The notes under the pieces are model-generated. The model made no database searches and was not told where the DNA came from. It saw nothing but the letters and a program-made list of their open reading frames with translations. Positions 1-12,834 of a DNA stretch of 64,000 nucleotides are shown piece after piece. How positions within the stretch are numbered: position 1 is the stretch's first letter; every line of letters starts with the position of its first letter. The position numbers and the translations under genes were made by a program. Source of the DNA: Malacoraja senta (lineage: Eukaryota). The stretch lies in assembly GCA_038087875.1 (NCBI GenBank), contig CM075995.1, positions 5,830,001 to 5,894,000 of the forward strand. The letters are read 5' to 3'.

Positions 1-380
1 GACAGAGTTGACGTGGATAAGCTTTTTCCATTGAGAGTAGGGAAGATTCAAACAAGGGGACATGACTTGAGAATTAAGGGACAGAAGTTTAGGGGTAACA
101 TTAGGGGGAACTTCTTTACTCAGAGAGTGGTAGCTGTGTGGAATGAGCTTCCAGTGGAAGTGGTGGAGACTGGTTCGATTTTATCCTTTAAAAATAGATT
201 GGATGGGTATATGGACGGGAAAGGAATGGAGGGTTATGGCCTGAGTGCAGGTAGATGGGACTAGGGGGGGGGTATTTTTTTTTTTTTTTAAATAAAAAAA
301 AATGTTCGGCACGGACTTGAAGGGCCGAGATGGCCTGTTTCCGTGCTGTAATGGTTATATGGTTATATGGTTATATGGTT
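1..380 (+). mobile_element. CR1 LINE 3' end with (TATATGGT)n tail
   Basis: ORF2 C-terminus TRGHDLRI...FFTQRVVAVWNELP; 8-bp microsatellite tail. Confidence 0.9.
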
Positions 381-1029
381 AATATGGATTAAGCTCAATT
401 TAAAGTGCAAGTGTTTCATTATATTTGATAAAAAGAAAGGAAATCAATTTTAAACAATTGTCTATAGATCAATGGAAGGAAATATTTAACGTCTTCAACG
501 TTTTTCATCAATTAAATCATGTATTTTAACTATTCACTTGCTTTAGTTTTATTGGCCTAAGAGTGACCTATAAATTACTTTTGAAATAACCTCTCAAAAA
601 CCTTATTTTGTGGGAGGGAGGGTGGTGGGTAAAAAGGGATGAAGAGAACAACAAATATCTACTACCTTTGCTTTCTAACATTCCACCAGAATGGTGGTAC
701 CAAAATTTAAATTCTTATATGGCCATGGTTAGGACTCTTTGTGGAAATCATTACAATGTATCCTCTTAATTAATCATTTTAAGGCACTTAAGTGTGATGA
801 GTGATGAGCATTTACTGATCCCTTAATATTTTATATACACTGGAATATAAACCCAATTTTCAATCAGCCGTCATAATTTTTAATCCTTCCAGCAAGTCTC
901 CCCCCTTTTTTAAAAAAAGATTGCAAAAGCAACCACACAGTGAACAGTAAGGCATTATACAAACAGGTACTGGAGTGAATTGTGCGATGAAATCCAAGCT
1001 GCAAGTGACTGTGGAAACCTTTGTGCTGT

Positions 1030-1960
1030 GCACAATGGCATAAACTGAGCAATTGGTCCAACCGTCTCCAAGATTGCTCCTTTGAAATCTGCAGATGGCA
1101 CTGTCTTCACTGACAAAAGGAAGCAGATAGAAAGCTGGGTGGAACACGACTCGCAGTTATGTTCATGCAAGGTTGACTTCTCCCCTGCAGCTCCTGATGC
1201 CCTCCCTCAGGTGCCAGTGATGAGTGAGTTCGAAGATGAACCACCCCTGCATGAACTGGATAAAGCCTGTCAACCAGGAAGGCTCCGGAACAGGATGGCA
1301 TATCTGCGAAACTCTTTTAAGTATGGAAACTATCAACTCTTGCTATATCTGCACTCCCTTCTCCTGCTCTGCTGGCACGAGGGTGGTGTCCCTCAAGACG
1401 TGTAATACCATCATCGTTACAGTGTGTAAGAACAAGAGAGATCGCAGCGATAGCAACAACTGCAACTGCAAGGGCGTATCTCTTCTAAGTGGTACAGGAA
1501 AGGGCTTGTGATCCTCAAGCAGAAATGTCTACGGCTTGGATGTGTACACAGGACAGGAAATGGACGCATCACCAAAGATGTGCTATATGTGGTGGAAGCA
1601 AAGGGGAAGACTAAAGCTTCGCCACAAGGATACGATTAAAAGAGATACGAAAAATGCTAACATTGGCATTGACAATTGGGAAGTGGCTGTCGAGGACCCA
1701 TGGAGGTGGAGGAAGGACCTCGAGGCAATTATGAAGCATCACATTAGCATAAGGTTCAAGAACCTGGAAGCCAGGCGCACACGCACAAATTGATCAACAG
1801 CAACGTACTCTCCTGTCTAACGGTCAGAGACAACTTCACATGTAGAAGCTGTGGGAGTGTCAGCAATAACAGGAATTAGAACCACGGATGACATTCCCTG
1901 CTCCAAACAAGATAACATCAAAGCCACACTGTCATCTCTCGCAGATGGACGGATGCTAAC
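1030..1960 (+). mobile_element. Degenerate RTE-clade LINE fragment
   Basis: Broken ORF pieces KSADGTVFTDKRKQIESWVEH, IIVTVCKNKRDRSD..KGVSLLS, RGRLKLRHKDTIKRD resemble RTE ORF2. Confidence 0.65.
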
Positions 1961-2769
1961 TTAAAAGTCCCCTTCAATACTGTGTGGGCCCAAACAGGAT
2001 GCAATACTGCAGATGGGATCTAACCAGAGCTCAATATACTAACACAATTTTCAGCTTTTAATATTTTAATTTCAAGACAAAAGCTTTCATCTCGTTAGCC
2101 TTTAAACTGTATCATTTGTTGTATTTATCTATGAGGCTTGATTTCTGTACTTATAATCTTAATGACACTAATATCCATTGTCCTGGTTTCATATCACTTA
2201 TTTTCTTCTTCATTTTCCTAAGCTCCGTAGGCAATGATCTTAATTTTTCCATCACTGAACACCACCTGCCTGTAATTTCCATACTGTAAGCATGACCTAA
2301 TTTAAATTGTTGTCAACATGTTTAGATACATGGATCCTTTCGCTATTCATTGCTGTTCATACAATGAAAAGCTAAGTTTCCATATGGACCCTGGTGACAT
2401 CACTAGAAGTCACAGCCTGCCTATATGACTGTATACCCGATCTGCTTCATAGCTTCTGATAAGCTTCATAGCTAAGCTAATAGGTTGCTACCAAATATGT
2501 GTACTCTCAATTTTGTATCTTAAAGGAGGCCATTCTGACACAAGATGGCATTCAGCTCATGTGTATGGCAGCTCTCTAAAGACCAATACAATCAGTCCTA
2601 TTGCCCTGACTCCCATAACTCTACACGTATATTTTCATCACGTACCTATCAAATTTCTCACACAGAACTTTGCCTTTGGAATATTAAATACAACCAAGAA
2701 CTGCAGATTCATGAAGATATATATAAATTTCATGATTCTATAAACTGGTGTTTTTCTATATGTTCATAA

Positions 2770-3225
2770 TAAGAACATAAGACATAGGAGCAGAATGAGG
2801 TCATTTGGCCCATTGAGTCTATTCTGCCATTCGATCATGGCTGATCTATTTTTCCCTCTCTATCCCATTCTCCTGTCTTCTCCCTGTAACCTTTGGCGCC
2901 CATGCTAATCAAAAAACCTATTCATCTATGCTTTAAAAATACCTAATGTCTTAATTTTGCCTTCTGTGGCCATGAATTCCACAGATTCACCACCCTCTGC
3001 TCTGGCTAAAGAAATTCCTCCTCATCTCCTTTCTAAAGGTGCGCCTATTTATTCAGAGGCTGTGCCCTCTGGTTCAAGAGTCTCTCATTACTGGAAACGT
3101 CCTCTCCACGTCCACTCTAACTCGGCCTTTCATTAACTGGTTCCCCTTCAATGAGAACCCCCCACTCATCCTTCTAAACCCCAGTGAGTACAGGCCCAGA
3201 GCCATCAAACATTCCTCATACATTA
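2770..3225 (-). mobile_element. CR1 LINE 3' fragment
   Basis: Diverged copy of the CR1 3' end seen at 4523 (ccattcgatcatggctgatc; gaattccacagattcaccaccctctg). Confidence 0.8.
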
Positions 3226-4348
3226 ACTTAATTAAAATGTTCAGGGACATGGTGTCTGCCAAAGCTGGTTTATGAAAAATTAAAAATGAATTCTAATTGT
3301 TTTCTTCCTGAAATAAGCTTCTTTCATGTTGGTGTTTGTGTGTCCTGTTACTTTATCTTCAATATCAGATTTGTAAAGATCATCAAAATGTTACTGTACC
3401 TTAATTGGTACACGTGACAATAAACTGACCCTTGAACCTTTGAAGATAACATATCAGAAATGGGAAATAAAACAAAAATTACTGGAAAAACTCAGTGGAA
3501 AGAGAAACATTTAAGTTTTGGGTCCCTTTGTAAGAGGGAAAAGGAGAAAACATGTGAGGTTTCAGTAGCAGGGATGGTAGGGGTGAGAAGGATGGAATAA
3601 AGCTATTGTCCCCAAGAAACTATTTACACAACAGAATCAGGCAACTGAACCATCCTCATTGGAGACCCTAGGACTATCTTTAATCAGACTTCACTGGACT
3701 TTGTCTTGCATTAGGCTTTATCATGTATCTTTACACTGTGGATGTCTCGATTGTAATCGCGTATTTTGCTGACAGGTTAGCACACAACAAAAAGTTTTTG
3801 ACTGTACCTCGGTACACATGACAATAAACTAAACTAAACACATCATGCAAAGCCATGCATCCTCATCCATTACTAAAGTCAACATCTCAACTACCTGTTC
3901 CCCCTCACCGATATTATCTCCTTATAATGCTGCAACTGTTTTGTTGCCAATATTGTTACATCTGCCCCTCTTCCAATTTCCCTGTCACTTCTTGGGGAAT
4001 TACCTGCAATATTGATCTCTCAATCGTGCTCAGGTTTCAATGATGCTTGATGTGTCATCAAGTTGTACGTGCTTTCACTTTCCCCATCCACTCATATGCT
4101 CTTCAGTTGCATTTTTATCAATTATATTCTTTGATTTTAAAAAACCCTTAAGACTACCCTTAACATTACCGTGATCCTGCACACTAATCTCATTCCTTTT
4201 TCAAATTCTTCAGTCTATTTTGTCTTTTATCCGTCTTCTTTCTCCAAGATACCCTCCAACTTCATTATATGTTAAAAAGCAATCGTTCAACACTTAATGC
4301 ATCGTGTGCTGTATTGGATCCCGCAAGTAATATGCTATCCATTCTTAC

Positions 4349-4410
4349 CTTGTTTCTTTCTCATGACGCTTGTTTTCACGGATTACATCATACATGGGAT
4401 CCTCATGAGC
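4349..4410 (-). CDS. RP9: RP9 internal exon (equivalent to exon 5)
   Basis: TGTTAG| acceptor, AG|GTAAGA donor; AHEDPMYDVIRENKRHEKET(R), close to RP9 AHEDPMYDIIRDNKRHEKDVR; 62 nt, in phase with preceding exon. Confidence 0.95.
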
Positions 4411-4522
4411 CTAACAAAAAGGTAAAACCATGTTGAAAATTGTTAAAGTGAAAACAAATTAGAAAGTTTCAAATAAATTAAGTAACTGTCATTAAGTGCC
4501 AAATTGTCAAAATATTGTCAAT

Positions 4523-5575
4523 ATAGAAACATAGAAAATAGGTGCAGGAGTAGGCCATTCGGCCCTTCGAGCCTGCACCGCCATTCAATATGATCATGGC
4601 TGATCATCCAACTCAGTATCCTGTACCTGCCTTCTCTCCATACCCCCTGATCCCTTTAGCCACAAGGGCCACATCTAACTCCCTCTTAAATATAGCCAAT
4701 GAACTGGCCTCAACTACCTTCTGTGGCAGAGAGTTCCAGAGATTCACCATTCTCTGTGTGAAAAATGTTTTTCTCATCTTGGTCCTAAAGGATTTCCCCT
4801 TAATCCTTAAACTGTGACCCCTTGTCCTGGACTTCCCCAACACCGGGAACAATCTTCCTGCATCTAGCCTGTCCAACCCCTTAAGAATTTTGTACGTTTA
4901 TATAAGATCCCCCCTCAATCTTCTAAATTCTAGCGAGTACAAGCCGAGTCTATCCAGTCTTTCTTCATATGAAAGTCCTGACATCCCAGGAATCAATCTG
5001 GTGAACCTTCTCTGTACTCCCTCTATGGCAAGAATGTCTTTCCTCAGATTTGGAGACCAAAACTGTACGCAATACTCCAGGTGTGGTCTCACCAAGACCC
5101 TGTACAACTGCAGTAGAACCTCCCTGCTCCTATACTCAAATCCTTTTGCTATGAATGCTAACATACCATTCGCTTTCTTCACTGCCTGCTGCACCTGCAT
5201 GCCTACTTTCAATGACTGGTGTACCATGACACCCAGGTCTCGTTGCATCTCCCCTTTTCCTAATCGGCCACCATTTAGATAATAGTCTACTTTCCTGTTT
5301 TTGCCACCAAAGTGGATAACCTCACATTTATCCACATTATACTGCATCTGCCATGCATTTGCCCACTCACCCAGCCTATCCAAGTCACCTTGCAGCCTCC
5401 TAGCATCCTCCTCACAGCTAACACTGCCCCCCAGCTTCGTGTCATCCGCAAACTTGGAGATGTTGCATTCAATTCCCTCGTCCAAATCATTTATATTGTA
5501 AATAGCTGGGGTCCCAGCACTGAGCCTTGTGGTACCCCACTAGTCACTGCCTGCCATTCAGAAAAGGACCCGTTT
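4523..5575 (-). mobile_element. CR1 LINE 3' portion (young)
   Basis: RT motif FADDTKLGG through the C-terminus; TAGAAACA-type tail. Confidence 0.95.
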
Positions 5576-5764
5576 AACTTTGTTTTTATATAAACTTTGT
5601 TTTTTAGAAAAATAAAATGTTACTTTAAAATAGACATTTCCAATCAACATTCATCCAGTTATACACGTAGTCAAACTGCAGCAGCTGAATACCATCTTAT
5701 TAAAGGCAATAAATTCTCGTCTAAATCTAAAGTTCATAATGTAAATGAAAAAAAGTTGATTTAC

Positions 5765-5889
5765 TCATTGACCCACTTAGTCACAGGCAGAATATGCAAA
5801 CTTCACACCGACAATGCCAGAGATTAGAATTAAACCGGGTGAGGGAACTTGTATGCAGCAGCACTGCCTGATGCGCCACCGTGCTGCCC
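5765..5889 (-). mobile_element. tRNA-derived SINE (V-SINE/HE1-like) 5' fragment
   Basis: Reverse complement begins GGGCAGCACGGTGGCGCA (A-box-like), followed by V-domain-like gtttgcatattct. Confidence 0.55.
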
Positions 5890-5919
5890 TAGCCTGCAGG
5901 CTGTCATTTAATGTCAGAG

Positions 5920-6396
5920 ACTATGGGTGCAAGCACCGAGCCGTGCTGTACCCCACTAGTCACTACCTGCCATTCTGAAAGGGACCCGTTAATCCCTACT
6001 CTTTGTTTCCCGTCTGCCAACCAATTTTCTAACCATGTCAGCACTCTACCCCCAATACCATGTGCCCTAATTTTGCCCACTAATCTCCTATGTGGGACCT
6101 TATCAAATGCTTACTGAAAGTCCAGGTACACCTCATCCACTGGCTCTCCCTTGTCCATTACATCCTCAAAAAATTCCAGAAGATTAGTCAAGCATGATTT
6201 CCCCTTCGTAAATCCATGCTGACTCAGACCAATCCTGTTACAGCAATCCAAATGTGCCGCTATTTCATCTTTTATGATTGACTCCAGCATCTTCCCCACC
6301 AGCGATGTCATGCTAACTGGTCTATATTTCCCTGTTTTCTCTCTCCCGCCTTTCTTAAAAAGTGGGATAACATTAGCTCCCTCCAATCCACAGGAA
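5920..6396 (-). mobile_element. CR1 LINE RT fragment
   Basis: ANVIPLFKKG...YRPVS...[19 protein letters not shown]. Confidence 0.9.
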
Positions 6397-6991
6397 ATAC
6401 ATACAATGGGGACAATAGAGAGAAAAAAAACATTGGGTCAAAATGATTTGGATTCAGTCTGCCATTTGCCCATACTTATAGTTCCACAGACACTGGAATA
6501 CATGACACCCCTTTAATAAGTGTCATGCCATTGGGTGTGGGAGTGGGGGAAGGGGAAGTACAGAACTTTGTTAAATGTCCTAAAAGGATGAACCTCCTTT
6601 CGCAGGGAAATCATAAATCAGGTGACAGAGTTGAAGTAATTAGCACGATTAGAGAAGATGAGGAATTTTGTTTTTGTTTACTTAGAATAAGCTGGGGGGG
6701 GGGTGGGGGGGGCTAGCTTATTCTAAGTAAAGGAGTTAAGGTAATGGGAAGATGGCTAGATTTTCACTTTAAAAGCTGTAATCTGCAGATCCATAGACCC
6801 ACCCCTTAAAAGTATTAGGCTGGGTAGCGAATTTTTGACTGGAAGCCACAATGTACTAACCTGTAAATACTTCCACGTTATAACTTTTCTATGATTTTAT
6901 GTTTTCAAGAAAAGTTATTTCTATGGTTTAATTTGAAAATCAGTAATTCTCACAGCCAAAAATAGGTATTATGAAATGTGTTCTGACTTAC

Positions 6992-7083
6992 TACTCTGAA
7001 CTGTTCCAATTTCTGATTTCCGCTAATGAAGTAGGGACATTCTCTATCCCCAGTTCTGTGTCCAAAATTTTTGCATCTCCAAC
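6992..7083 (-). CDS. RP9: RP9 internal exon (zinc-knuckle exon, equivalent to exon 4)
   Basis: TTTCAG| acceptor, GTA|GTAAGT donor; (C)WRCKNFGHRTGDRECPYFISGNQKLEQFRV, close to RP9 CWRCKRYGHRTGDKECPFFIKGNQKLEQFRV; 92 nt. Confidence 0.95.
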
Positions 7084-7139
7084 CTGAAACAAGTCCAAGG
7101 TAATAAAAATTATAATTAATTTAAATTTTCTTTGGCTAA

Positions 7140-9347
7140 CCATTGAAGTTAATGGGGTACTTTAAGTCTGATGGGCAAAACTGCGAAGCCAAAATTTCAC
7201 TAATTGGGTTCCATGCTGGGTTCAAAATGGGGTCACCGTGCTGCTCACGCATGCTATGTTTGAGACAAAATATCACCAATAAAGACTAAAGCTGGAGTTT
7301 TAGAGTAACTGAAAAGTTTATAGAACATGATCAGGACTCCCAAATAGTGAAATCAGATTTCACCCCAAAATATGCAATGTTATGCAAATGAACTAATTAG
7401 CATATTTGTGTATACAAAAAGTTATTTTTGATAAAAAATACATGCAAATTCAATTAAAAAAAAAAAACAGGTTTTAGAAAGTGAATAATTTGTGAATACA
7501 GTTCTTTGAACATGTCGTGGGTGATTATATCCCAGATAATTCTTAGAAATTGAAATATCAAATGCACGAAAGCATGAGTCAAACCATAATGTCAGTTTCA
7601 AATTCACTCAATGTACCATGGTGTAATAAAGTCATAACTTTCTAGCATAGTTTGTTTGTAGTCTATTCATATTCAATTTTATATTTATACACTGTATGGT
7701 ACCATTTGAAACATTTAGGGAAAGACATTGGACGTTCACAGTCCTCACAGTAGGTTCTTGTCTAGTGGCGCTGAGCAGAGGCACGATCCGAGCACACAAT
7801 ACATTCAGGCCTGTACCTTTTATTCTCATATTCTGTACAAAAATGCTGTTCTACTAGCCGCCTTTTCCTTCGCTGATCAACAGTGTCTGCTTTAGTTTTT
7901 ACATTGGTACAAATGTTCTCTGGAATGAGAGAGTGAATAACTTTCTGGCCGAAACTAATCTGATCAATGTTCTCATCAGGATGTGAAAGTTTATGTGATA
8001 AAACCATTGACAAGTGCAGTTTCCTTCACAAAGTGGAAAATAACTTGATATCATTTCTGGATTTCTGGATAACAGTAGTAAGCTGATAATTGGTCAAATC
8101 AGTCGACGACGCCCATACATTTGTTGTAGTCCTGCATTAGGGCTGGCTTCTTCACAGTCCGCTTTCACATAGGTTCTTTCTTTGACCAAATTTCCATGTA
8201 TAGATGAGAAACAACTGACATGTGCTGTGTCCTGCCATGTGGTAAAAGTAAGGCCATCAGTAGAATTCCAAAACAGAGGTTGATCCCCGTTTCAGCTTTA
8301 TGTCTGCTTTACCAACTTTTATGGACAAACCTTTTCGGTTTGATCTTACGGTACCACAAGCACCAGTCCCCTTTTGTTTCAAGCTAAGAAATAATCAGGG
8401 GAGGAGAAAAAGCTGTCAATATATACCTTATGACCATTGGAATCAATACCATTCACAAGAGTTTTCACCACACTAGACCCGAAGGTCATCTTGCGATCAT
8501 TGTTCTCACTTTTACCTGTGTAAACTTTCCATCATAGATTATATCCATTCACTGAATCACACAAAGCCCAGATTTTATACCCATTTACTAGGCTTATTGG
8601 GGATATATTGCTTGAAACTCAAGCGGCCTTTGAATCCTTTCATTATTTCATCTACCTATTGGTATTTCTTGGTGTGGCTGATAGAAATTCAAATACGTAT
8701 CTTTCACAAGATTTATCACCGGACGTATTTTGTACAGTGGGTCACAATCGACATGACCCTTCACCTTTTGATTGTCATTGTCATTGAAATGCAGGAAGGA
8801 ACGCAGAAGTATGTGTCGGTCCCTACCATCACTGGACTGAACCCCTGGGGATGCATTGTCACTGTCCACATCACCCCATTGGTCTGATTTTTGGTAGCTT
8901 TCAGAGGCGTTGTCATCAGAAATTTCACTTTCAATATCATCGTTATTACCCAGTTCATTGTCGGAATCACTTGAAAGTTCCTCGCTTTCAGAGTCACTGT
9001 CTGCAAAGATCTCGCACAGAATGGACTCACCAGTTCGTCTCCTACAATAATCCGCCATGGTGGTTTTGGAAACAAAAGGTTCACGTAAAATTCTCGCGAT
9101 TTTTGAATGAAAAGTTCACACGCAAAATTCTCGCGATTTTTGAATGAAAACACCCATTTCTCCAGTGTTATCTCAAGAGCGCCAGTCTGAAACGGCATGG
9201 CAGCGACGTCTATTAGCGACTCCTAACACTATGGTTATTGTAAAATACGTCTCACCTTGGTTGGAACGAAGTCACCAATTAGCGTACTCCCGCAAAAAGA
9301 AGTAAATTACTTCAGTCGCCAATTGCTGTACATGCGCATCGAAAGGG
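7140..9347 (-). mobile_element. piggyBac DNA transposon with decayed transposase (~7670-9058)
   Basis: Right end AGGG|TTAA; frameshifted motifs LHFNDN..DPLYKIRP, FKGRLSFKQYIPNKPSKWG and C-terminal Cys-rich CIVC..YCEDC; left boundary approximate. Confidence 0.85.
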
Positions 9348-9595
9348 TTAAGCCTGGTGGGCAAAACTTGAGCTATGGCTTGAATAAAGGAGAAGGAAAG
9401 AAGCTGGTAATAAAATAACTGTAGGAATTTCACTTGTTTGGATTTCTTAAAATCTCCGCTCTGGTGCCTGTTTGATCCATTTTCATATAGACTGGTTAAC
9501 TCAGAAGAGGCAGAATTCCAAAGCGTCATCCTCAAAACCAGCTGTTGCAATGTTTTAAAAATCAGTTAGGACTTATATGTTGCTTGATTGCAAAC

Positions 9596-10949
9596 CATGA
9601 GTACTTAAGGAAGTAGCCCCAGAAATAGTGGATGCATTAGTGATAATTTTTCAAAACTCCTTAGATTCTGGAGTAGTTCCTGAGGATTGGAGGGTAGCTA
9701 ATGTAACCCCACTTTTTAAAAAGAGAGGCAGAGAGAAAACGGGGAATTACAGACCAGTTAGTCTAACATCGGTAGTGGGGAAACTGCTAGACTCAGTTAT
9801 TAAAGATGGGATAGCAGCACATTTGGAAAGTGGTGAAATCATTGGACAAAGTCAGCATGGATTTACGAAAGGTAAATCATGTCTGACGAATCTTATAGAA
9901 TTTTTCGAGGATGTAACTAGTAGAGTGGATAAGGGAGAACCAGTGGATGTGTTATATCTGGACTTTCAGAAGGCTTTCGACAAGGTCCCACATAAGAGAT
10001 TAGTATACAAACTTAAAGCACACGGTATTGGGGGTTCAGTATTGATGTGGATAGAGAACTGGCTGGCAAACAGGAAGCAAAGAGTAGGAGTAAACGGGTC
10101 CTTTTCTGAATGGCAGGCAGTGACTAGTGGGGTACCGCAAGGCTCAGTGCTGGGACCCCAGCTATTTACAATATATATTAATGATTTGGACGAGGGAATT
10201 GAATGCAACATCTCCAGGTTTGCGGATGACACGAAGCTGGGGGGCAGTGTTAGCTGTGAAGAGGATGCTAGGAGGCTGCAAGGTGACTTGGATAGGTTGG
10301 GTGAGTGGGCAAATGCACGGCAGATGCAGTATAATGTGGATAAATGTGAGGTTATCCACTTTGGTGGCAAAAACAGGAAAGTAGACTATTATCTAAATGG
10401 TGGCCGATTAGGAAAAGGGGAGATGCAACGAGACCTGGGTGTCATGGTACACCAGTCATTGAAAGTAGGCATCCAGGTGCAGCAGGCAGTGAAGAAAGCG
10501 AATGGTATGTTAGCATTCATAGCAAAAGGATTTGAGTATAGGAGCAGGGAGGTTCTACTGCAGTTGTACAGGGTCTTGGTGAGACCACACCTGGAGTATT
10601 GCGTGCAGTTTTGGTCTCCAAATCTGAGGAAAGACATTCTTGCCATAGAGGGAGTACAGAGAAGGTTCACCAGATTGATTCCTGGGATGTCAGGACTTTC
10701 ATATGAAGAAAGACTGGATAGACTCGGCTTGTACTCGCTAGAATTTAGAAGATTGAGGGGGGATCTTATAGAAACTTACAAAATTCTTAAGGGGTTGGAC
10801 AGGCTAGATGCATGAAGATTGTTCCCGATGTTGGGGAAGTCCAGGACAAGGGGTCACAGTTTAAGGATAAAGGGGAAATCCTTTAGGACCGAGATGAGAA
10901 AAACATTTTTCACACAGAGAGTGGTGAATCTCTGGAACTCTCTGCCACA
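9596..10949 (+). mobile_element. CR1 LINE ORF2 RT region (young; cut by the gap)
   Basis: 395-aa ORF with [23 protein letters not shown]; one premature stop near the C-terminus. Confidence 0.95.
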
Positions 10950-11149
10950 NNNNNNNNNNNNNNNNNNNNNNNNNNNNNNNNNNNNNNNNNNNNNNNNNNN
11001 NNNNNNNNNNNNNNNNNNNNNNNNNNNNNNNNNNNNNNNNNNNNNNNNNNNNNNNNNNNNNNNNNNNNNNNNNNNNNNNNNNNNNNNNNNNNNNNNNNNN
11101 NNNNNNNNNNNNNNNNNNNNNNNNNNNNNNNNNNNNNNNNNNNNNNNNN
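10950..11149. other. Assembly gap (200 N)
   Basis: Run of exactly 200 N; the sequences on either side belong to unrelated repeats. Confidence 1.
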
Positions 11150-11280
11150 TGTCAAAGCATGTGCAGAATGCATTGAGCATGTCTGGGAGTGTCACTTGAG
11201 CTTCCTCCTCGTTGCACCTTGTAGAATGTGATGGCGTGCAAGCCCTGCCACAGCTGCCGAACGTCCATCTCATCCTTCAG
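11150..11280 (-). mobile_element. Rex1/Babar LINE fragment
   Basis: DVRQLWQGLHAITFYK is homologous to the element at 46400-49640. Confidence 0.65.
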
Positions 11281-11478
11281 TTCACAGGGCTTCCCCGAGT
11301 GCAAACGCAGAGGTAAATAATGCTGGAAAATGAAATGAAGATTAGGAAATAAAGGTGGAAAAGAAAAAATGCAATCATTGGAGGGGTAGAGAAAACACTG
11401 ATTTACTGAGGTCATGAGAGTTAAATATTTGTGGCCAAAGAGATTGTTTGGTAATTACTGCTTATCTATATCTATACA

Positions 11479-12208
11479 CTAGAGTTGGGTCCCAGCATCA
11501 CACTGGAGGGCTGGTCCCCCAACACAATATTCCACCTCTCTACCAATTCCAATATTGGTGGCCAGTTGGGGGGGGGGACTTTCTGGAGCGCTAGTATGGG
11601 TGTTGTGGTCTGAAGGGACTGGTTTCCAGAGGGCTAGTATGGACATTGTGGGCCGAATGGATTCTTGGCAGGCAGCTTAGCTATTCAAGCCTGTTGAGCT
11701 GACAGCTCACTCACGGCTGGTGGGCTGGCAGTTGACTCACGGCTATACCTTGAAATTCCATTTCAAGCAGGGTGCAAGGCCACCAAATTCAAGTGCAGTT
11801 TCTTACCACTTGAAGCAGGGTGCAAGGCCACCAAATTCAAGTGCAGTTTCATACCATTTCAAGCAGGGGTGCAAGGCCACTAAAGACAGCGAGTCGTGAC
11901 CTCTCCCTCCTCCATCTTGTAGAAACTGAACCACGCCCACACTTCTGGGTTTGATAGTCCCTCCCCCTCCCACCAGAAGGGGCGTGGCCTTCATGGCGTG
12001 ACTGACAGGAGAGAGAATCTCAACATATTTTAAACACTAATAACTCTTTTATTTTTCATCGATGGGAAAAGTCCTCGGCACCAGATGAGCGGAGGGGGAG
12101 TCTGAGTAAGATGGCCAAAATTTGCAGCCATACGTGGTAGCATTTTTTCAAAAATCAATATAAAGCGCAAACAGGAAGTGGTCAAGAGTAGACTTTTAAT
12201 TATATAGA
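11479..12208 (-). mobile_element. Non-autonomous Helitron-like element (3' module) with 48-bp internal repeats
   Basis: Minus strand starts TCTATATAATTAAAAGTCT and ends CTAG|T; homologous to 21350-23294; 48-bp repeats at ~11760-11880. Confidence 0.7.
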
Positions 12209-12834
12209 CGGAAGTGGCGGCGCTGCCTGGCAGCTGCGGCTCGCCTGCAGTCCGTCTGTGTTTTCTTTTTGTTGTTGTTTTCTTTTGTCTTTTAGTTAAA
12301 GTTAGTTAAATTTAGTTTATTAGGTTGTGTATGTGTGGGGAGGTGGGAGAAACATGGTTTTAGTCTCTTCCTTCGGGGGGATGCGACTTTTTCTTGTTGT
12401 GTCCCTCGTCTCCGTCTCCGCTGAGGCCTAATGGCGGAGCTGGCGGCCTTGGGCTGTGGCGGCGTTCCGGCGGCGGCCCGACCTGGAGCTGTGGCGGCGG
12501 CCCAACTTGGATCTGTGGCGCCGTTCCGGTGGCGGCCCGACTTGGAACTGTGGCGGCGTTCTGGCAGCGGCCCCGACTTGGAGCTGTGGCGGCGTTCTGG
12601 CGGCGGCCCGACTTGGGGCTGTGGCGGCGTTCCGGCGGCGGCCTGACTTGGAGCTGTGGCAGCGGACCCGACTTCGGAGGCTCGGCCGCGGGCCCAGTGG
12701 ATGACATCGTCGGGAGCTCGCAGGTCACAGATTGGTGACCTGTTTTTCCGGAGCTCCCGCAACAACAGCTGCGTCCGCTGGACTGGAGGGCAGCAGCTTC
12801 GACCACCCCGGGCCACGGAGTTTGAACCGGCCCG
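12209..12834 (+). mobile_element. 5' part of a GC-rich non-autonomous retroelement with a 35-bp tandem repeat (probable 3' part at 14954-15230)
   Basis: Unit GGAGCTGTGGCGGCGTTCTGGCGGCGGCCCGACTT at ~12450-12680; the presumed 3' part ends in AATAAA and a (ACTTTG)n LINE-like tail. Confidence 0.45.

Noticed and set aside
1..4348. Terminal Lys-rich RP9 exon
   Set aside because: No IQQLKQLL-like or Lys-rich ORF found on the minus strand; it probably lies left of the window.
7670..9058. Domesticated piggyBac or RP9-piggyBac fusion (CSB-PGBD3-like), since it is co-oriented in an RP9 intron
   Set aside because: The transposase has multiple frameshifts, stops and an internal deletion, and there is no evident splice acceptor just before its ATG.
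9272..9550. Minus-strand ORF with an AG acceptor as a candidate missing RP9 exon
   Set aside because: No frame resembles the missing RP9 blocks.
9628..10815. 395-aa RT ORF (and the 506-aa ORF at 53301-54821) as host genes or active elements
   Set aside because: 5'-truncated or interrupted CR1 ORF2 copies with stops.
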